64,000 bases of DNA from Ptychomitrium polyphyllum (Eukaryota). The position numbers were made by a program, and so were the translations under genes. This document shows, piece after piece, positions 1-14,400 of this stretch. Position 1 is the first letter of the stretch; every line of letters starts with the position of its first letter. Under the pieces are notes generated by a model. That model was not told where the DNA came from. It ran no database searches and saw nothing but the letters and a program-made list of their open reading frames with translations. The stretch spans positions 12,772,001-12,836,000 of the forward strand of contig OZ316776.1 in assembly GCA_973851085.1 (NCBI GenBank), given 5' to 3'.

Positions 1-253
1 ATGTTGTCAATTAAAGAAATTAATCTGAAGGAATAATGGTTAGCTCATCTTGGTACCAATATTCGCAGTTTGAATTCTTTATAAACAACAGGTTTGAAGC
101 TCTTTGAATTCGAGGGGCACTGTTCTAAACTAGTGAAAAGTATGCATACAAGGAGCATAAATATTATGCTGGCTACCTTCAGATTAAATCTTCAACCTGA
201 TCTTAATGTGTGGTGTTTTTCACTTACCTAAACATCTGCTTTTCTGGAAACAG

Positions 254-727
254 GCGGATTACAGTAGGTATTTTGAGAATCTGGGAGAACCCAACGCTGT
301 GCAGCAGTGAGTGTTGTGACTTCCTGGCCTTGAATAGTTCAATAGTTTTACATGCATTGGTTGGAAGTGCATGCATTAGGTCAGTCTCAAAAAAAACTGT
401 GAAGATATAGCGACCATGATTGTCATCTCTCATATGTGCACTTATTGTGCAGGATGGAGTTTCTCAAGTTCGGTTTGCAGTCCGTAACGGTGAGACTAGA
501 TCCGGTCCCTCCTGGAATCGCATGATTGTTTATTTAGAGAGATGGCATGTGCCAGATTATTTTTCATTTCACTTGAGTTATGTCCTTGAAACGTCAAAGA
601 CAGGATACGCACTTACTCATGTATTTCACGTGAATTTGAACAGGCTGCTCGGAAAAAGGTTGATGAATTTTTGACGCTGATACCTTCGGAAGCTCTGGAT
701 GCCGCTGCAGCTCAATTTGCCCGTTAA
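254..727 (+). CDS. 3' end (last three exons) of an unidentified gene starting upstream of the window
   Basis: Exons 254-306, 453-489 and 644-727 have AG/GT borders and consistent phases. They join to ADYSRYFENLGEPNAVQQMEFLKFGLQSVTAARKKVDEFLTLIPSEALDAAAAQFAR*. Product not recognised. Confidence 0.7.
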
Positions 728-1154
728 GTTTAGCTGCAGTTTTAGAGCACAACCTGTGAATGCAGGATAAGTGTAAAAGACATGATTGTCCTCGTTTGAA
801 AACAACGACAAACTCCACATGTATATTTATGTAAGCTTGCTAATTCAAATGTGATGTAGTTTATTCCCTAGTTGCAAGTACTGCAAACCTTGAATTTTAG
901 AGGAATACTCTCATGGAAAGAAGAAATTTTTGATACCACAAAAAAGGTGAAAGACAGGCAATTCCTATTTCATTTTGTTTAATCATTCTTGTTTTAAATC
1001 ACTTTTATTTAAAATTAAGATTAGTGGAAAGGGGCTTATGATCCACCTGGCTCGACTTTGCTTTTACGGTTAGTATGGTTTTTAGTAAAAGAAAGCAATC
1101 TATTTTACAATTCTCTAGTAGCATGGCCTTCCACTACTACTACATTAGAACATC

Positions 1155-1216
1155 TAGCTAAATAATTTGAGTATATAGAAAGTTTAGCTAAACATTTTGA
1201 GTATATAGAAAGTTTA
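1155..1216. repeat. About 30-bp imperfect direct duplication in AT-rich intergenic DNA
   Basis: tagctaaataatttgagtatatagaaagtt followed directly by tagctaaacattttgagtatatagaaagtt. Confidence 0.7.
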
Positions 1217-2336
1217 ACACTTAAAGAAGAAGTGTTCATTTAAAATCATTATAAAAATTCTAGTTCATTAAATCATACTTAAAATGTACTTTACAATAGA
1301 AATTTTTATTGATTTTGAGTAAAGTTCCTAAATATGAATCATTAGTTTATGAAGAACCCTTTTTAATTCAAACGAATTCTATAAAAAAGAGTTTATTTCT
1401 TTTTTTTCAATAAAAATTACTTTATATACAAACATATGATATTATAAGATTATGCCTTAAAATATTCTATATGCTAATATCAATTTTTTCCAAAATAAGA
1501 ACCAAATTTATAATTGCTAAGATTTTAATCCAAAACCATTGGTTTTATACTTTTGTACTTTTAACCAGTTTATTCTTCTAGTATATATCAATCATGATTG
1601 CTATCTCTTCCTTTGTTCAATATGAAAATCCAACCTCATACAAACTCATTAAAGTTTAATCAACCAATCAACAAATAACTTAAAACCTAACTAAAACTTC
1701 CAACAAGGATCTTTTAAACATCAAACCACCATTATACAAACTTCAACAACCATAAGTTTCACTATAAGATTCCTCATCCTATAAAGCAGGCGCCTTTAAT
1801 AGGAAGATATTTCAAGAGTTCTCAAAAAAATTTATATTTGAACTAATTTTATATTAAGGTGATATCTTTGTATACTTATATGATACCTTCTTTATATTCT
1901 TTATATTTATATGATAAGGCCATGCTACTAGAGAATATAAGTAGTCACACTTGGGCAGCGGTAGAACATATAGCATACATAGTAAAGGGCCCTTAACCCT
2001 ATAGTGTAGGGTCTTATGGACTAGTACAATGCAACAGCCACGGATAGTAAATACAGCCAAGGGTATTCATACCACACCGTATCACTGATGACGAGAACGA
2101 CTACGTCACAATGCATACGTATACGTACACATCTGGTATTATGTCGTCGAAATCCAAGTACCGTGTGCCTTGCAGAATACCGTGAAGCATGCCGCACTGT
2201 GGGAGTTCGGGTCAATGAGGGTGGAGCATATATTTGTGTGCGGATTGTGAGCAACCTTCTTGCAATCCCTCCTGTCACTCTGCTGCATCACAACTAGCAT
2301 CACCAGTTGTGAGGGAACAGAAACAGAAGCAGGGAC

Positions 2337-5300
2337 ATGGCTCCGATTGCGCATCTCGCTGCATCGTGTCCACTGCTGCTGCCCAGGTGATCACTCCTCT
2401 CTGAACCCTCACTCTCGTTTTCTAGCAGTGATTCGGCTGTTGAGTCTTGGAGCTTGATAATCTACTTGATACTAGCACCTAGTGTGGCTTACAAGAACTG
2501 GGTTGAGTGCTAGCATTCTTTTCTGTGAGTTTGGTGGTGATTCATAGCAGTGTGTGATTGATCGAGACTAGATCATTTGTGTTTATATCCGGCACAACTT
2601 GGCTGTTTTTTTGCTTGGTTTCAGTAGTAACGAGTAGTTACTGTTATGTTAAGTCGTCTCTTTTAGGTTACTAGGTGCAAGATGCGTGGTTAAAAGAGTC
2701 TAAACTTATCCTTGAGGAACTCGGTTTGACTCAGATCCGGTTGCCTGGATATGTTCTGTGAATTATTTTGATCGTGGTGAGGTTTGTGAAGTTCTTCTCT
2801 AGTTTTCATTTATTTTGGAATGTGGATGTCTGTAACCTGATATTTTGTTAGTTTGCTCTGGGTATGTGCAGGACTAAGCAGCCATGGGCACCTTCAGCAG
2901 GGTGGGAGTCTTCGCCTTCTTTTCCAGTGCGAGCTGGGGTTGCGGTTGCTTCTACTGGTAATAAGCCCAGTGTTCATTGGATTGCACTGTATTGTGGTCA
3001 GTTTTTGGTGCTTGCTCTTATTGGCCTTGTGAAGTTCAAGATAATAGACTCGCAACTCTAGTTAGGCTTCAATTGACGGAGTGAGCAGTATGGCTATTGG
3101 AACCACTGTCCGTAATTAAGTCTGATGCGCTAGCATAGAATCGGCATACCAATTGTCTGCTCAGTGACTCCATTGCTTTGAGGTTTATATGCTCTTCAAC
3201 TAGTTGCTTCTTACTTGGAGAGGGGTGCAGGATGCAAGAACGCCGGAACAAACTTCGGGGCATGGAATCAACTAGTCCCTGCTGATGCAAGGTTGTGCAT
3301 TAAAACATGTGGAACAGTGGGAAGGTTCGGTCGACCTCGGGTCAATCATCAGGTAGATATATAAATTGTTCCAATAGCACCATTTTTGGGACAAGACAGT
3401 TCTAGTCATGAGTTGAGGGCTAAACCTCTGTTAAAATTCTAGTAACCCTAAAGCTATTTGCAGAGGAAATGCCTTCGAAGTAATGGTCTAGTTGGTGCAC
3501 TCTTGTTTACGAACAACAGCTCAACGATTGAAAGTTCTAATTTGCCAAAGAATGTCGCAGTGGCTCTGCAGCGTCCAAGAGAATCCTCGTGTACTCCAGT
3601 CCAGGTACTACTCTAAATTCAAGCTGGGCGATAGGCTTGCCCTCCCACCGACATTAATTGTTTGTTTTGATGGTTCATTGGAGGTGTTTTCACCAAATTT
3701 AGTCCCTCAGACACGCCTTTGCCATAGAGTGTGGCTTCAGAAGGTCATTCATATGCTATTTGACAAAATTATGGTAACCCGTTCCTGCTTGTTTGCAGTT
3801 CCATGGACGAAACTTATGATGCCCTTGCAAGTCATCTTCTGTCAAGAGCTTTGATAACTGAACCTGGTCAAAAGTAATCCTCATCATCCTTGAAATCATT
3901 ATGCGAAAGTTTTGTATCTCAAGATACTCAGATCTGTTTTTCTTATTTTCCATCACTCACCAGGCACGTTTAATATCATTACTTGCTGTTTTTTGCACTT
4001 AGAAGTATATTGGCGATTCATTGTGTTGTTCAACATCTTAGATAGTGCTTGCAGTATTTGAATATGAATGATGCCAACGTGAAATTGTCTTCATAAAACG
4101 AGGATGGTTGTTCACTGAGTACGCAGGTACATGGTAGGGATAGCAGGTTCTCCTGGAGCAGGAAAATCAACAGTTGCGGAAGAGGTTGCGGTTCGTTTAA
4201 ATGCTCTTTGGTTTGAGAAGAAAGGGGAGAAAAGTGGAGGAGATACAGGAGCATCTTCGACAGCGATAGCTGTAGCCATACCGATGGATGGGTTTCATTT
4301 GTATCGCTGGCAGCTTGATGCTATGGAGGTAAACCCACCCTATTTCTTAAAGCTGTTTTCAAATTCGATGTTAGTTCTATTGAGTAAAATTTTGCTTAAA
4401 TGGTCGCTCTTATGAAGAGGATTTTTAATTATTGTACTCCTCGCAGTTCATACGCATTTTCGTCACTTATTTGCACTAAACGAAGAACTGCATAATGCAC
4501 TGTCAAGTTATTTTTCCTAGAAAAGCTTCCTTCCTGTGTAATTGCTATTTCTCCTGCTTTTACTGACATAGCCGCAAAAATAATTTATGGCTTGATGGCG
4601 TCTTACAGGACCCAATTGAAGCTCATGCTCGTCGAGGGGGTTAGTGCAGATTCCCCTGGCCTCATATCATTTAATTATCATTTAGGTTATGTTTACCAGC
4701 TGTTTTTCTGCCTAACAAAACGTTTCAGGTCTACTGTTCAGCAGTTGCCCCTTTCTTCTCCATATGAAGATACTCTTGACAAGCTAGGGATATTTGTTGA
4801 ACAGCTCATTGGACATTTGATCCTGCGTCTCTGGTCAAAAACCTGCAGCAGTTGCGAAGTCAGGTGCGAAGGTGATCTACCTCAATCAAAGCTTATTTTG
4901 TCCCGCATATTTCGTATAGCATAGCAACTCACCAACAGATAACAACTGAGATGTCAAAATTCCACACACTAAATGAGGTCATTTTTTTGTTAGGTGTAAA
5001 TGATTACCTTGTCTCCATACTACCGGTTTTAGTGGTTTCGTATGCAGCTAATATTAGATACTAAGCATGCTTCTATATTTGATGTGCAGGGTTGGGCACA
5101 TTTACCTTCGTTCGACCACGGAGTAGGGGACCCTGTCGATAAAGACATTTACGTATCACCTTTGTATGATCTTTATCCTCTCTTCGAACTCAATCAACTA
5201 AGCCGATGTTTAAGTTTTGCTAGTGCACTTGTCTTTTTACAGTCCCCTTTTACCTGTGAGAGTTGGCTAAAGAGTTTCTTGTGGAGTTAGCAGGCACAGA

Positions 5301-6059
5301 GTAGTTGTGGTTGAGGGCAATTACCTGCTGATGGAAGACGGAGAATGGACAGGTCTGGCAGATCTTTTCGATGAACGTTGGTACGGATCCAACTTTGATA
5401 TACTTTAATCCATGTAACATAACATATTGATAACTGAAGACTTTGAGTTATGGCGAACTGGCGTTCACGTTGCGTTTGTACTGTTTGCTAGGCTCTTGTA
5501 TGCTCTTGATACATTTTTAAAGTATCTTGGATAGGCTGCCTACATAAACTGTTTATGCAAACAGGTATGTCGACGTCGACATTGATGAGGCAATGGAGAG
5601 GGTCGAACTGAGACACGTAGCAACTGGCAAGTGCAGCCTTCCTGAATCGTTTCATTGTTGGTGCCTTTCATTTCCTTCATCGTATCCAGCTACATAACAT
5701 TGTTGTGGCATGTCAAGTGATTTTCTACATGCCAGAAGCTGACGCTGGTCAGTAAAAGCGACCTTTGTTGATTGTTTACAGGAAAAACGCCTGACTATGC
5801 GAAACAGCGGGTAAGCCATACCAGTCAAGGCAGATTATAGTTCTTCCAGCATCACTGTGCATTATATCATTTGATTATAAGACTCGAGTAGGAATAGAGT
5901 TTCTAACCGCTTTCATGACATCTTATTTCGGTTATCAGCTTATGGAAAATGGCTTGGGTCCCTGAACAGGTGGTGTACAACGATAGACCCAACGCTGAAC
6001 TTATTGCTCTTACAAAAAGGAATGCGGATCTTATCATACCATCAATTTCTGTCCACTAA
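2337..6059 (+). CDS. Uridine kinase/phosphoribulokinase/pantothenate-kinase-like P-loop NTPase (YggC / At1g03030-like), probable organellar transit peptide, about 336 aa
   Basis: 13 phase-consistent exons: 2337-2386, 2872-2957, 3231-3352, 3561-3604, 3799-3873, 4127-4328, 4609-4639, 4805-4863, 5090-5163, 5294-5380, 5565-5626, 5782-5810, 5970-6059. Motifs: Walker A GIAGSPGAGKST, PMDGFHLYR, AHARRGAHWTFDP, PSFDHGVGDP, VVVEGNYLL, NDRPNAELI. The first four exons are less certain. Confidence 0.9.
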
Positions 6060-9000
6060 GCGGCATGCTGCTGATTCCTTTGGATTGGTGCCACCTTGTA
6101 CAGTGTGCGACTGTTAGAGATGTAAATTTGGACCTATCATGTGCAAGCTATGGCAAGCTTTTACAGGAAAGTGTTATGATCAAACCACACACATTAGAGT
6201 ACTTTTATTGTATGGTTTTCATTGGAATTAATTGGCACTTCTCTAAAATTAAGAATGAATTTGAACCACTATATTGTGCTTTTCAGTTTGAGAATTTTAC
6301 ATACTGCAAATTATGTTTTTATTTGAATACTACAATTTAATTATGATCCAGACTTTGGCTGTTGTAACACATAGGAGAGTTGACTATAGTATGTTAAAAA
6401 CATTTTCTATCCTGTCAAAATCAACCTATGTTTTCCTTAATTCAATATGTTAACGTTTGCAATGTAAAGCTTGACCATATTATTTTAGTCACTAGCATTC
6501 ATTGTGTCTAACTTCTTAGATCAACTACAAATACATCATTTTAAAGATCTCTTAATACCTATAATATTTGTAAAAAATCTAAATTAGAATATTTTCTTGT
6601 AAATATAATAGTCAATAATATATGGTGAAACTAGTACAATGCTATATTCTCCACTCCAAATTTTGGTATGTAAGTTCAATCTTTATGTAAGAGATTCCAA
6701 TAGCAAGAAACCAAAAAATAATATGATGATCCAATGGCATAACATTCTTTAGGTGAATAATCCTACACCATAATTAAAGATAGTGAAATAATACTTTTTT
6801 TGTTTTTCAAGTGTTAAACTTTGTTAAACATTATTTATAATGGAATATTTGGCTATATGGTTTACTATAGAAGTGGTGCAAATTCATTTGGCTAAAATAT
6901 AATGAACATGTAATAGAAATGAAACCATTTAAAACAACAACAAAAAAAGAAGTCTTATACTAATATGTGATGTAAATAAAAATGATATCTTATATAGAAA
7001 TAACATCCATTTTTTCAATGAGAAGAAAAATATTATCCATCACAATCAAGAGTCAAGGTATAACTGCAGAGATATGAATAAAAAAATTTAATTGAACTTT
7101 AGTGGTGAAATGAAAGTTTAATTGGTGTTACATTTTTGTTGTATATTATTGTGTTATGTTGTCTATTGACTTTTATATTAAGCAACTTCAACTTCATTGT
7201 GCATAATGTCTTAAAGTAAAGTTCTTTTAATGTAAATTTATTTCAATAAGTGATTGCAAAATAATGAATGATTTTTATTGAATTTCATTAATATGCTAAA
7301 TTTTTCACTAATGTTCTATAGTTATAAAGTGTAAATGCTTTAAAAGAATTTCTAAATATAATTCATACCTTATATTTATGTATATTGTATTAAAACATGA
7401 TCACGACTATGCCATTAAATCCATTAGTTTGTTGGTAAATAATGTGTTGATGGAACATGTTTATATGTATTATTATTTTACAATAGTATAAGGTAATAAC
7501 TCTAAAACATTGTAGATTTGTAGGATTATACAATTCCATAGTATATTTTTTTTGAAGACTCAAAGTTGTGGCTTCCATTTATAATTTTAAGTGTATTGCT
7601 TCTATATCAATAAATATGGTTCTTCAATATGAACTTTTGAAAACAATTACAAAAATGCAAAATAACAGATATCAATTTTGAATTGCAATAATGTATTGAA
7701 TATTTAATAAATCAAAAAAGCTTTCAAAGAAATAATCTGAGGTTGTTCCAATGCAAAGCGTTCCATTGGAAGCTTCTTAAAAAACTTCTTAAGGACTTAG
7801 GTCTATAATATTTATAAGAGCCAAGGCTTAATGGATCTTTAGTTTTTACAAAACATTCTTTGTGGTCTAGTTTAGATCTTTTGGCCTTGTACCTTAATAT
7901 AGTTCTTGGTTATTAATACAAAATCCAATTACCTTATTTTTTTACTTATAATCTAGTCATTTCCTTCCATTTATAGCACCTTTTTTTAATCTATCAATTC
8001 TTTAAGAATCATTGCTTCAATAAATCCAAAACAAAAAAAATCACTTTATTTAAAAAATTTCATGTATACAAAGCTTCAAATGTTTTTAAAATAAACATTT
8101 AAACAACTTAAACCATAATTACTTCAACAATAAATCTTTATTTTTATCTTTATATACAACCAACTTCTAATATTTTTTAAATACACATTTTTATTAAACA
8201 AAATCTTCACTAAATACCTTCAACAATATCAATCAATCTTCTACAACATGCATTTATTAGAAGCTTCAACATCTATCTTCTACAAATCTCCAACAACCAA
8301 GTTCCATCTTCTACAAGCTTCAATAGTGAAGCTCCATCATTCACAAAACTTGAGCAATCAACCTGCATCAACAGACAAGCTCTATCACAAGCCAACTCTA
8401 TTCCAATCAATCAAAAGAAAAATGAAAGACACTCAACATTCATTATACCTTCAAGCTCGGTTTCATAAAAATCCTAGGCACAGAAAAATAAAAGATGGGT
8501 GTGTGAGGATGTACACGTGGATAGGTGGTGGATAGGTGTGTGGGCAGAAACATGGTGAAATGTAAATAAAAATGGCATGTATTCATGTATGGTCCATGCA
8601 AAAGAACAAAGGTGTAGTGTCATGGCTCACTATTACACTGCGCTGGTTCTTACTGTGCATGTTACTGACCAGGGGGAAAAGCATTTCAGCGAGGGGTAAA
8701 TTGGCAGCGCCACCAGCTGTCCGAGACCACCAACAATAGCCTGCAAGTTCTTAGCAAGAATCGAATTTTAGTTCCTCCGTCCAAGTAACGATTTCGTTGA
8801 CGAAATCCCATCCTTGCAGGTTTTTCGGTCCTTAATCAGAACGAATCACGAACTAGGCGCACCCCGTTTCCACCGGAACGTCGACTGCGAATATTTTCGC
8901 AATCACAGCCTGTTTCCCGGTCCAATAATGACCGAAACCAGCAACCGAGAGCTCCATCGAAGCTCCTCATCACACACAGACCTTGTACAAGATACCTGTA

Positions 9001-9282
9001 TGATAACCTCCTGTTTATAAACTGAGTATCAGATGTTCATCACTGAAGTATCACCTAGATATCATCCGAAGAAATCGACGTTGCAAACTTGTCGCGTCTG
9101 TTCCCAACCCGTTCCCACCCAACGCGGCTGGAGCAGCAAAGTGAAGACGAGAAGCCCGGCTTGCCATAGCCAGGAAGCCCCCTTCTCGCACCCCCTGTCG
9201 CTTGAGCGCTACTCCGTCCGTCTCTTAACTCCTCGCGCGGTCGACCTCGTCACAGATCTGCACTGCATTGCTCGTGTACTCG

Positions 9283-9473
9283 GTAGGGTCTTTTTTCTCA
9301 CGTCATTTGGTTAGTTTTTCATGCTTTTCCATGGATTATCGTGGCTGTTACTACAGGGTTCTGAGTAGTGCGCTCGGTTTCTGTTGCGCTCGGGAGGCGA
9401 TGTCGTGGAGCTTTTTGTTATTTTTTTCGATTAAAATCTGAAGTGTTCGTTTGTTTTTTGTGGAACAATGCAG
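9283..9473 (+). other. Probable 5'UTR intron of the PRA1 gene
   Basis: G|GTAGGG donor at 9283, T-rich body, TGCAG| acceptor at 9473, about 70 nt upstream of the ATG. Confidence 0.55.
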
Positions 9474-9540
9474 GGAAGACGGAGCTCTGAGTTGTAAGAT
9501 CTTGGTGCTGTCGTGGAGCTAGGGTTTGAGGATTTTGGAT

Positions 9541-10161
9541 ATGGCGCCTGCGAGTCAGCCTCCCGTGATCCCTGTATCGCAGCAAGGAGGGGCGCCTGTG
9601 GGCGTGACGCCGTCGCAGGCGACGTTCTGGGTGCTGGCGGGGAAGGCGCAGGATGCGTTCAACCTGGCACTAGCGCAGAAGAAGCCATGGGCGGAGATGG
9701 CAGACCGGACGCAGATGGCGAAGCCGGAGTCGTTTAGCGAGGCTATGACGCGAGCGCGGAAGAATTGGTTCTACTTCCGTATTAATTACTCTTTGATGAT
9801 GACGGGAGTGGTTGCATTGAGCTTGATCTTCAACCCTGGATCTCTGTTTTTCCTCGCTGCTCTTTTGGCTGGATGGACCTATCTGTACCTTGTGCGTACC
9901 GAGCCGCTCGTCGCCTTCGGAAGGACCTTTAGTGAAAGGGAGGTTCTGATGGGCATGAGTTTGTTCACCGTGATTATGATCTTCATGACTAATGTTGGAT
10001 CTATTCTGATTACTGCTTTGATGATTGGTGCTGCACTTTGCTTCGTGCATGGTGCGTACCGCGTCCCTGACGACCTTTTCCTCGATGAGCAAGAGACGAG
10101 TGGAGGATTCCTGTCGTTCCTCTCTTCGGGTACTGTGCCACAAGTGATGTCGCATGTGTAG
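9541..10161 (+). CDS. PRA1: PRA1 family protein (prenylated Rab acceptor, PRA1.B type), intronless CDS, 206 aa
   Basis: KPWAEMADRTQMAKPESFSEAMTRARKNWFYFRINY, two hydrophobic hairpins, HGAYRVPDDLFLDEQE. The ATG at 9541 gives a PRA1.B-like N-terminus, MAPASQPPVIPVS. Confidence 0.93.
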   Translation: MAPASQPPVIPVSQQGGAPVGVTPSQATFWVLAGKAQDAFNLALAQKKPWAEMADRTQMAKPESFSEAMTRARKNWFYFRINYSLMMTGVVALSLIFNPGSLFFLAALLAGWTYLYLVRTEPLVAFGRTFSEREVLMGMSLFTVIMIFMTNVGSILITALMIGAALCFVHGAYRVPDDLFLDEQETSGGFLSFLSSGTVPQVMSHV

Positions 10162-11451
10162 ATCCCTACACTTATTGCACCAATGTAACTATAACTTTTC
10201 TGGAGGAGCGAACTTCATTTTTTAATGTCGTGTGAAGCGTCTGGGCGGTCTAATTCTTCTATAGTTGCAGTGGTGAACCTCGATTCAGGTTTCCAAACCC
10301 TGATGCAGTATAGATGCCTGGATGGCATCCTTCATTGCTTGTAGATCTCTTCACAGCTACAATGGTGCATCCTGCAACATGGACATGATTTTGTCCTGAT
10401 TAAGCAAGGATTTATCGGCATAGGCTCGTTTGCAACACATTGAGTTGTTGACTTGAGATTCAGATCTAGAGCAGATAGGATGTGATATATTTAGCGGGTC
10501 GAAGGATTTTTTGGTACCTATTCAGAATCCTTTGCTGAGGTGTATTCACTTGATTTTAAATGAACATTCTTTATGAATACACATGGTTTAGGTGAGGGCT
10601 GCATGTTGGCCACGTTTTCGATTACAAAATGTGCAATGGGCAGCAGTGTTGATTGCACTCTATTGATGGCATGCTATGTACCACCGCGTGCCTGGTTTTA
10701 CAAGGTGATGTGGCCAGCGTAGAGTTTCAAGTCGGTAGCTCTCTATATTGGGTTATCTAATCAACCGCGTGATTTGGTTTAGATCCTGTAGATATCGACT
10801 ACCAGACATGCAAGTAAGGTAGGCACTTGGGTCTGCAAGGCAACTAATTACGGTAGCATGCTTTGGACATATACTATCTTGGTGTGCCCTCATCCAAAAA
10901 CTGCGTGACCTTTCACGGCGAAAGGAAGGATTTGGTACGGGAAGAGCTCGGTGCTGGTAGGGCTTGTCATCCTGGATTACAGCATGTGATAGTTGTGGAG
11001 TGGACTGGTTGGCAGCAATCATCGCATTGTACGCCTTGATGCAACTTCTATTCCTTGGTTCAATCATCTACACAAAGCTTGACGATACAGCCTTCAAACT
11101 TAGTATTGACACATCACATCCTCTTAGCCCATTGCCTACTTTGAGCAAGGTCGACGAGGACTGTCATATTTAAGACCATTAGAGGATGACGAGATATCAG
11201 GATTTTAGAGACTTTTCCAAATCTTCAAGGCTAGACCCCAGACTACTGTGCCAGGTAGAATTATTGAGTGTCCTCTAGAACCAAAATGACATCCGATGTG
11301 CTTTGAGTCGCCCTGGTACCGGCAATTTTCAAAAGATGTATTATTCAAAATTGTAGCCTGAACATATTGAATTCTCAATATGCCAGCTCCTGCAGTGCAC
11401 TACGGGATCGTGACACTGTTGGTCGTGTCGTCAGAACCATGTTATCTTGCA

Positions 11452-14400
11452 TCATTCCCCTGTGAGCACATGACCTTTGAAAGGACCCACCAATGCAGTT
11501 GCTTCCTGTAAAGCATTCAGCAACAGAGAAGGGTAGCGCTCTATGCCTAGTGATGAACCTGGTGTTCCAGACGCAGAGTTTGTCAAATCCCATGTTTCAT
11601 GACAATTCTCCATCTTCTGGAGATGCTTGGTCACGATCTGTTTACAGATGCCACGGACCAAATGTTAGCAGATCATATCAAATTGGTAAAGTTTTTTCTT
11701 TGCGAATCATGAGATCAAAAGAATTATAAAAAGACATTACCTTCCGAGCATATCCGCCGTAAGCCACTCCTGCAATGATTGCCTTGTTGTCGTGTGAGGT
11801 TAGGAAGAGCCCCTTTCTCTCCAGAGCATCAACTGTATGCTTGTTCGTTCCACCTGCCAGCTGAAGATAACCTGCACGCAATTTCCATCGCTTTCCATTA
11901 ATTTTGCAATTTTAAGGTGACTTTGATTCACATCACAGAGCCAGTACTGTTTGAATTTGTGAAGGTTCTTAAAGAAATACCCGGGGGACGATCTTGTGAT
12001 GCTGCTACACTTGCAGCAAGAGCAACCGCTGCCTTCGTTGCACCAGAACCTATGTCGCCGCTCATCGGTCGACCATCCAACTAGACAACAGAAGTACATG
12101 GTTACTAAACTGGCTGCAATGTGATGGTTTGTGAATCCTCAATACAATTCTTGGAGCCTGGAGGTAATTTTCTTCAAAAAAAAATATATCGTGGAGAAGC
12201 TGATCACCTGCCAAAGGTTGAGGCTCTTGAGAACGGGTCGCAAGCTTGCGTACATGGCCGCCAATGCTGGAACCATACGATTGCCTAAATCTGGCACACT
12301 CACCTGAACAAATAATTTTGACAATCAAATGTGGGTGATTGTGGAGACTAAATTGATACCTACTACCGTGTGATAAGAGATAGTATATTACTAAAGTATA
12401 CCACATAGAGAGGAGACGTTGTGCTTACAGCGATGAGTTTGAGGGATAGTAAGGCGTCGGAGAGGTCTCCCACCACTCTATGAAAGGCTTCCAAATGCCT
12501 GCAAAGCACCTGGGATTAACCCTGTGAACAGTCACACACGATTTGCACTCTTGGACAAGTATTGATAAAAATAAAGAAAGGAAGCTGTAAATTGTCAAGC
12601 ATTAGATGAGGGACACCAAGAAATACCAATAGAGCTGAAAACAACAGTTGGTTACTCTGCAAAGAAGTACGTACCCTGCACCCGTGTGTATTTCAATTGC
12701 ATCGATGTCATTGCTACTCAAGAGATTAGCGGCAGCTTTGAAGTCCCTTACATATGTTCTAGCATCTGCAATTGTTCCAAGCAGTGTTTAGCTTCTAATA
12801 GGAACAGATTAAGAACAGATTCTTTGAAAAGCAAACAACGGCCCTTCTTATAAGCCTACTTCCAAATCAGAGAGAATACAGATACAAAATCAATTCGGAT
12901 GGTTCATTAATACCCAAATAATTTGCACTTTCGACCACGGTAAGGAAATACTATATTAGGGTGAGGTACTTACGGATAAGCCCCAATGGGCATATAGGTA
13001 GGCAGCGCCCACATCCGTAACACCGTTCTATGATAACACCATCCTGTAGAAACGAATTATGAGGAAACGCACGCGAAATTCCCTATAACATGCAGTATTT
13101 TAAGAATCGGAGATGTGACCTTAATTTTAGAGTTTGAAGAAACAAGGCACAGTCAAGGTTTGCCGAAATTAGTATGTTTTAGCACGTACCGACTGAAATT
13201 TTGTATGCTGATCTGAGTGTCCTATGCTCGCCAAAGGGCTTGACTGAAGTCGTTCTCCAATTGTAGACGCGTTGAAGGCAATTGCAGCAGCAGGGCATAC
13301 ACGCTTGCATGGACGTAGACAATCTGTTGGACAAAAGGCTGGATCAAACTCTGCGAAGAATGCAATGCTTCAGGATCAGAATAATAAAAAACACTTTTCA
13401 GCAAAGAGCAAACCAAAATTTCGTGTCAAGCACTTCACGTTCAACAAATAAGGTTGTGCACTCTAGTTCAAGTGTTAGAGTAGAAGTCACCACCAAAAAC
13501 TGCAGAGGAATCCTCTCCAAAAAATTTACTATACCAGAGCTCTTTACACCAACTCTTTACACCAAATAACTTTATTTTTTGGTTTGAAGCAGCTCACCAG
13601 CTTTTCTGAAATGTGGGTCCTCATCATCATTTATACTGACCATAATCCAAGGCCTTCGTACGTTGAGTCTCTCAGAAGCATTGAGATGACGAGCAAGATG
13701 TTGAGCTGCCGTCACTCCCTCCAAGACAGCAGCCACGACGGCCGAATCGGCCGCACAATCAATGCAGTCAACTACACATATGAACACTTGCTGTGATAAT
13801 ATTCCAACTCTCAAGTTTGATAAAACCAATGCCTTACATTTCTGCAAGCAAGTTGTTCAGAATCTTTACCAATAATAAGCCGAGATGCTGTGGTTCATAA
13901 CCATAGCGTTGAGCTTAAATCTTAGGGTTTAAAGGACTTTCACATGCTGAGAGCGATGGAGCGACATGTAATACAGAAATTGTAAAATAATTCAAGCGTC
14001 GAAAATTGGAAGACCTACCCCCGGCCAAAGTATATACAAGTGAAAGATTGCGAATGTCCGCCACATCCTGCACAAAACGATCCCTCATCACAAACTTTCG
14101 ACGTCTTTGGATAGACAGTTCAGTTACCAACGTTACACTTCAGATACCAATACATCCGCAAAGAAGCTCGACGAAAAAGAATACTCACTTCGAAGCTTGC
14201 TCCACAAATAAGCTTCACCCATCTTCCTTCCCGCAAAGAGACTTCTGGAGATCTCACGGCACTAGACGTAGCTGATTGGCGTATGAGGTCTGATAGAGCT
14301 TCCCTTAAAGATTCTCTGTCCTGCCCAACTGTAAGAACAAAATACAATTTAATTATTGTGTAGACACTCAGCGCCGTCTTTCTATGTAGAGAGTCATCAC

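Noticed and set aside
1992..2010. ttaaccct motif resembling a piggyBac terminus
   Set aside because: No matching inverted partner found nearby
6400..8550. AT-rich intergenic block with short ORFs (7390-7578, 8248-8535)
   Set aside because: Low complexity, no motifs or splice structure; may be TE debris but no termini were seen
9670..10155. 161-aa antisense ORF over PRA1
   Set aside because: Shadow ORF of a GC-rich coding strand
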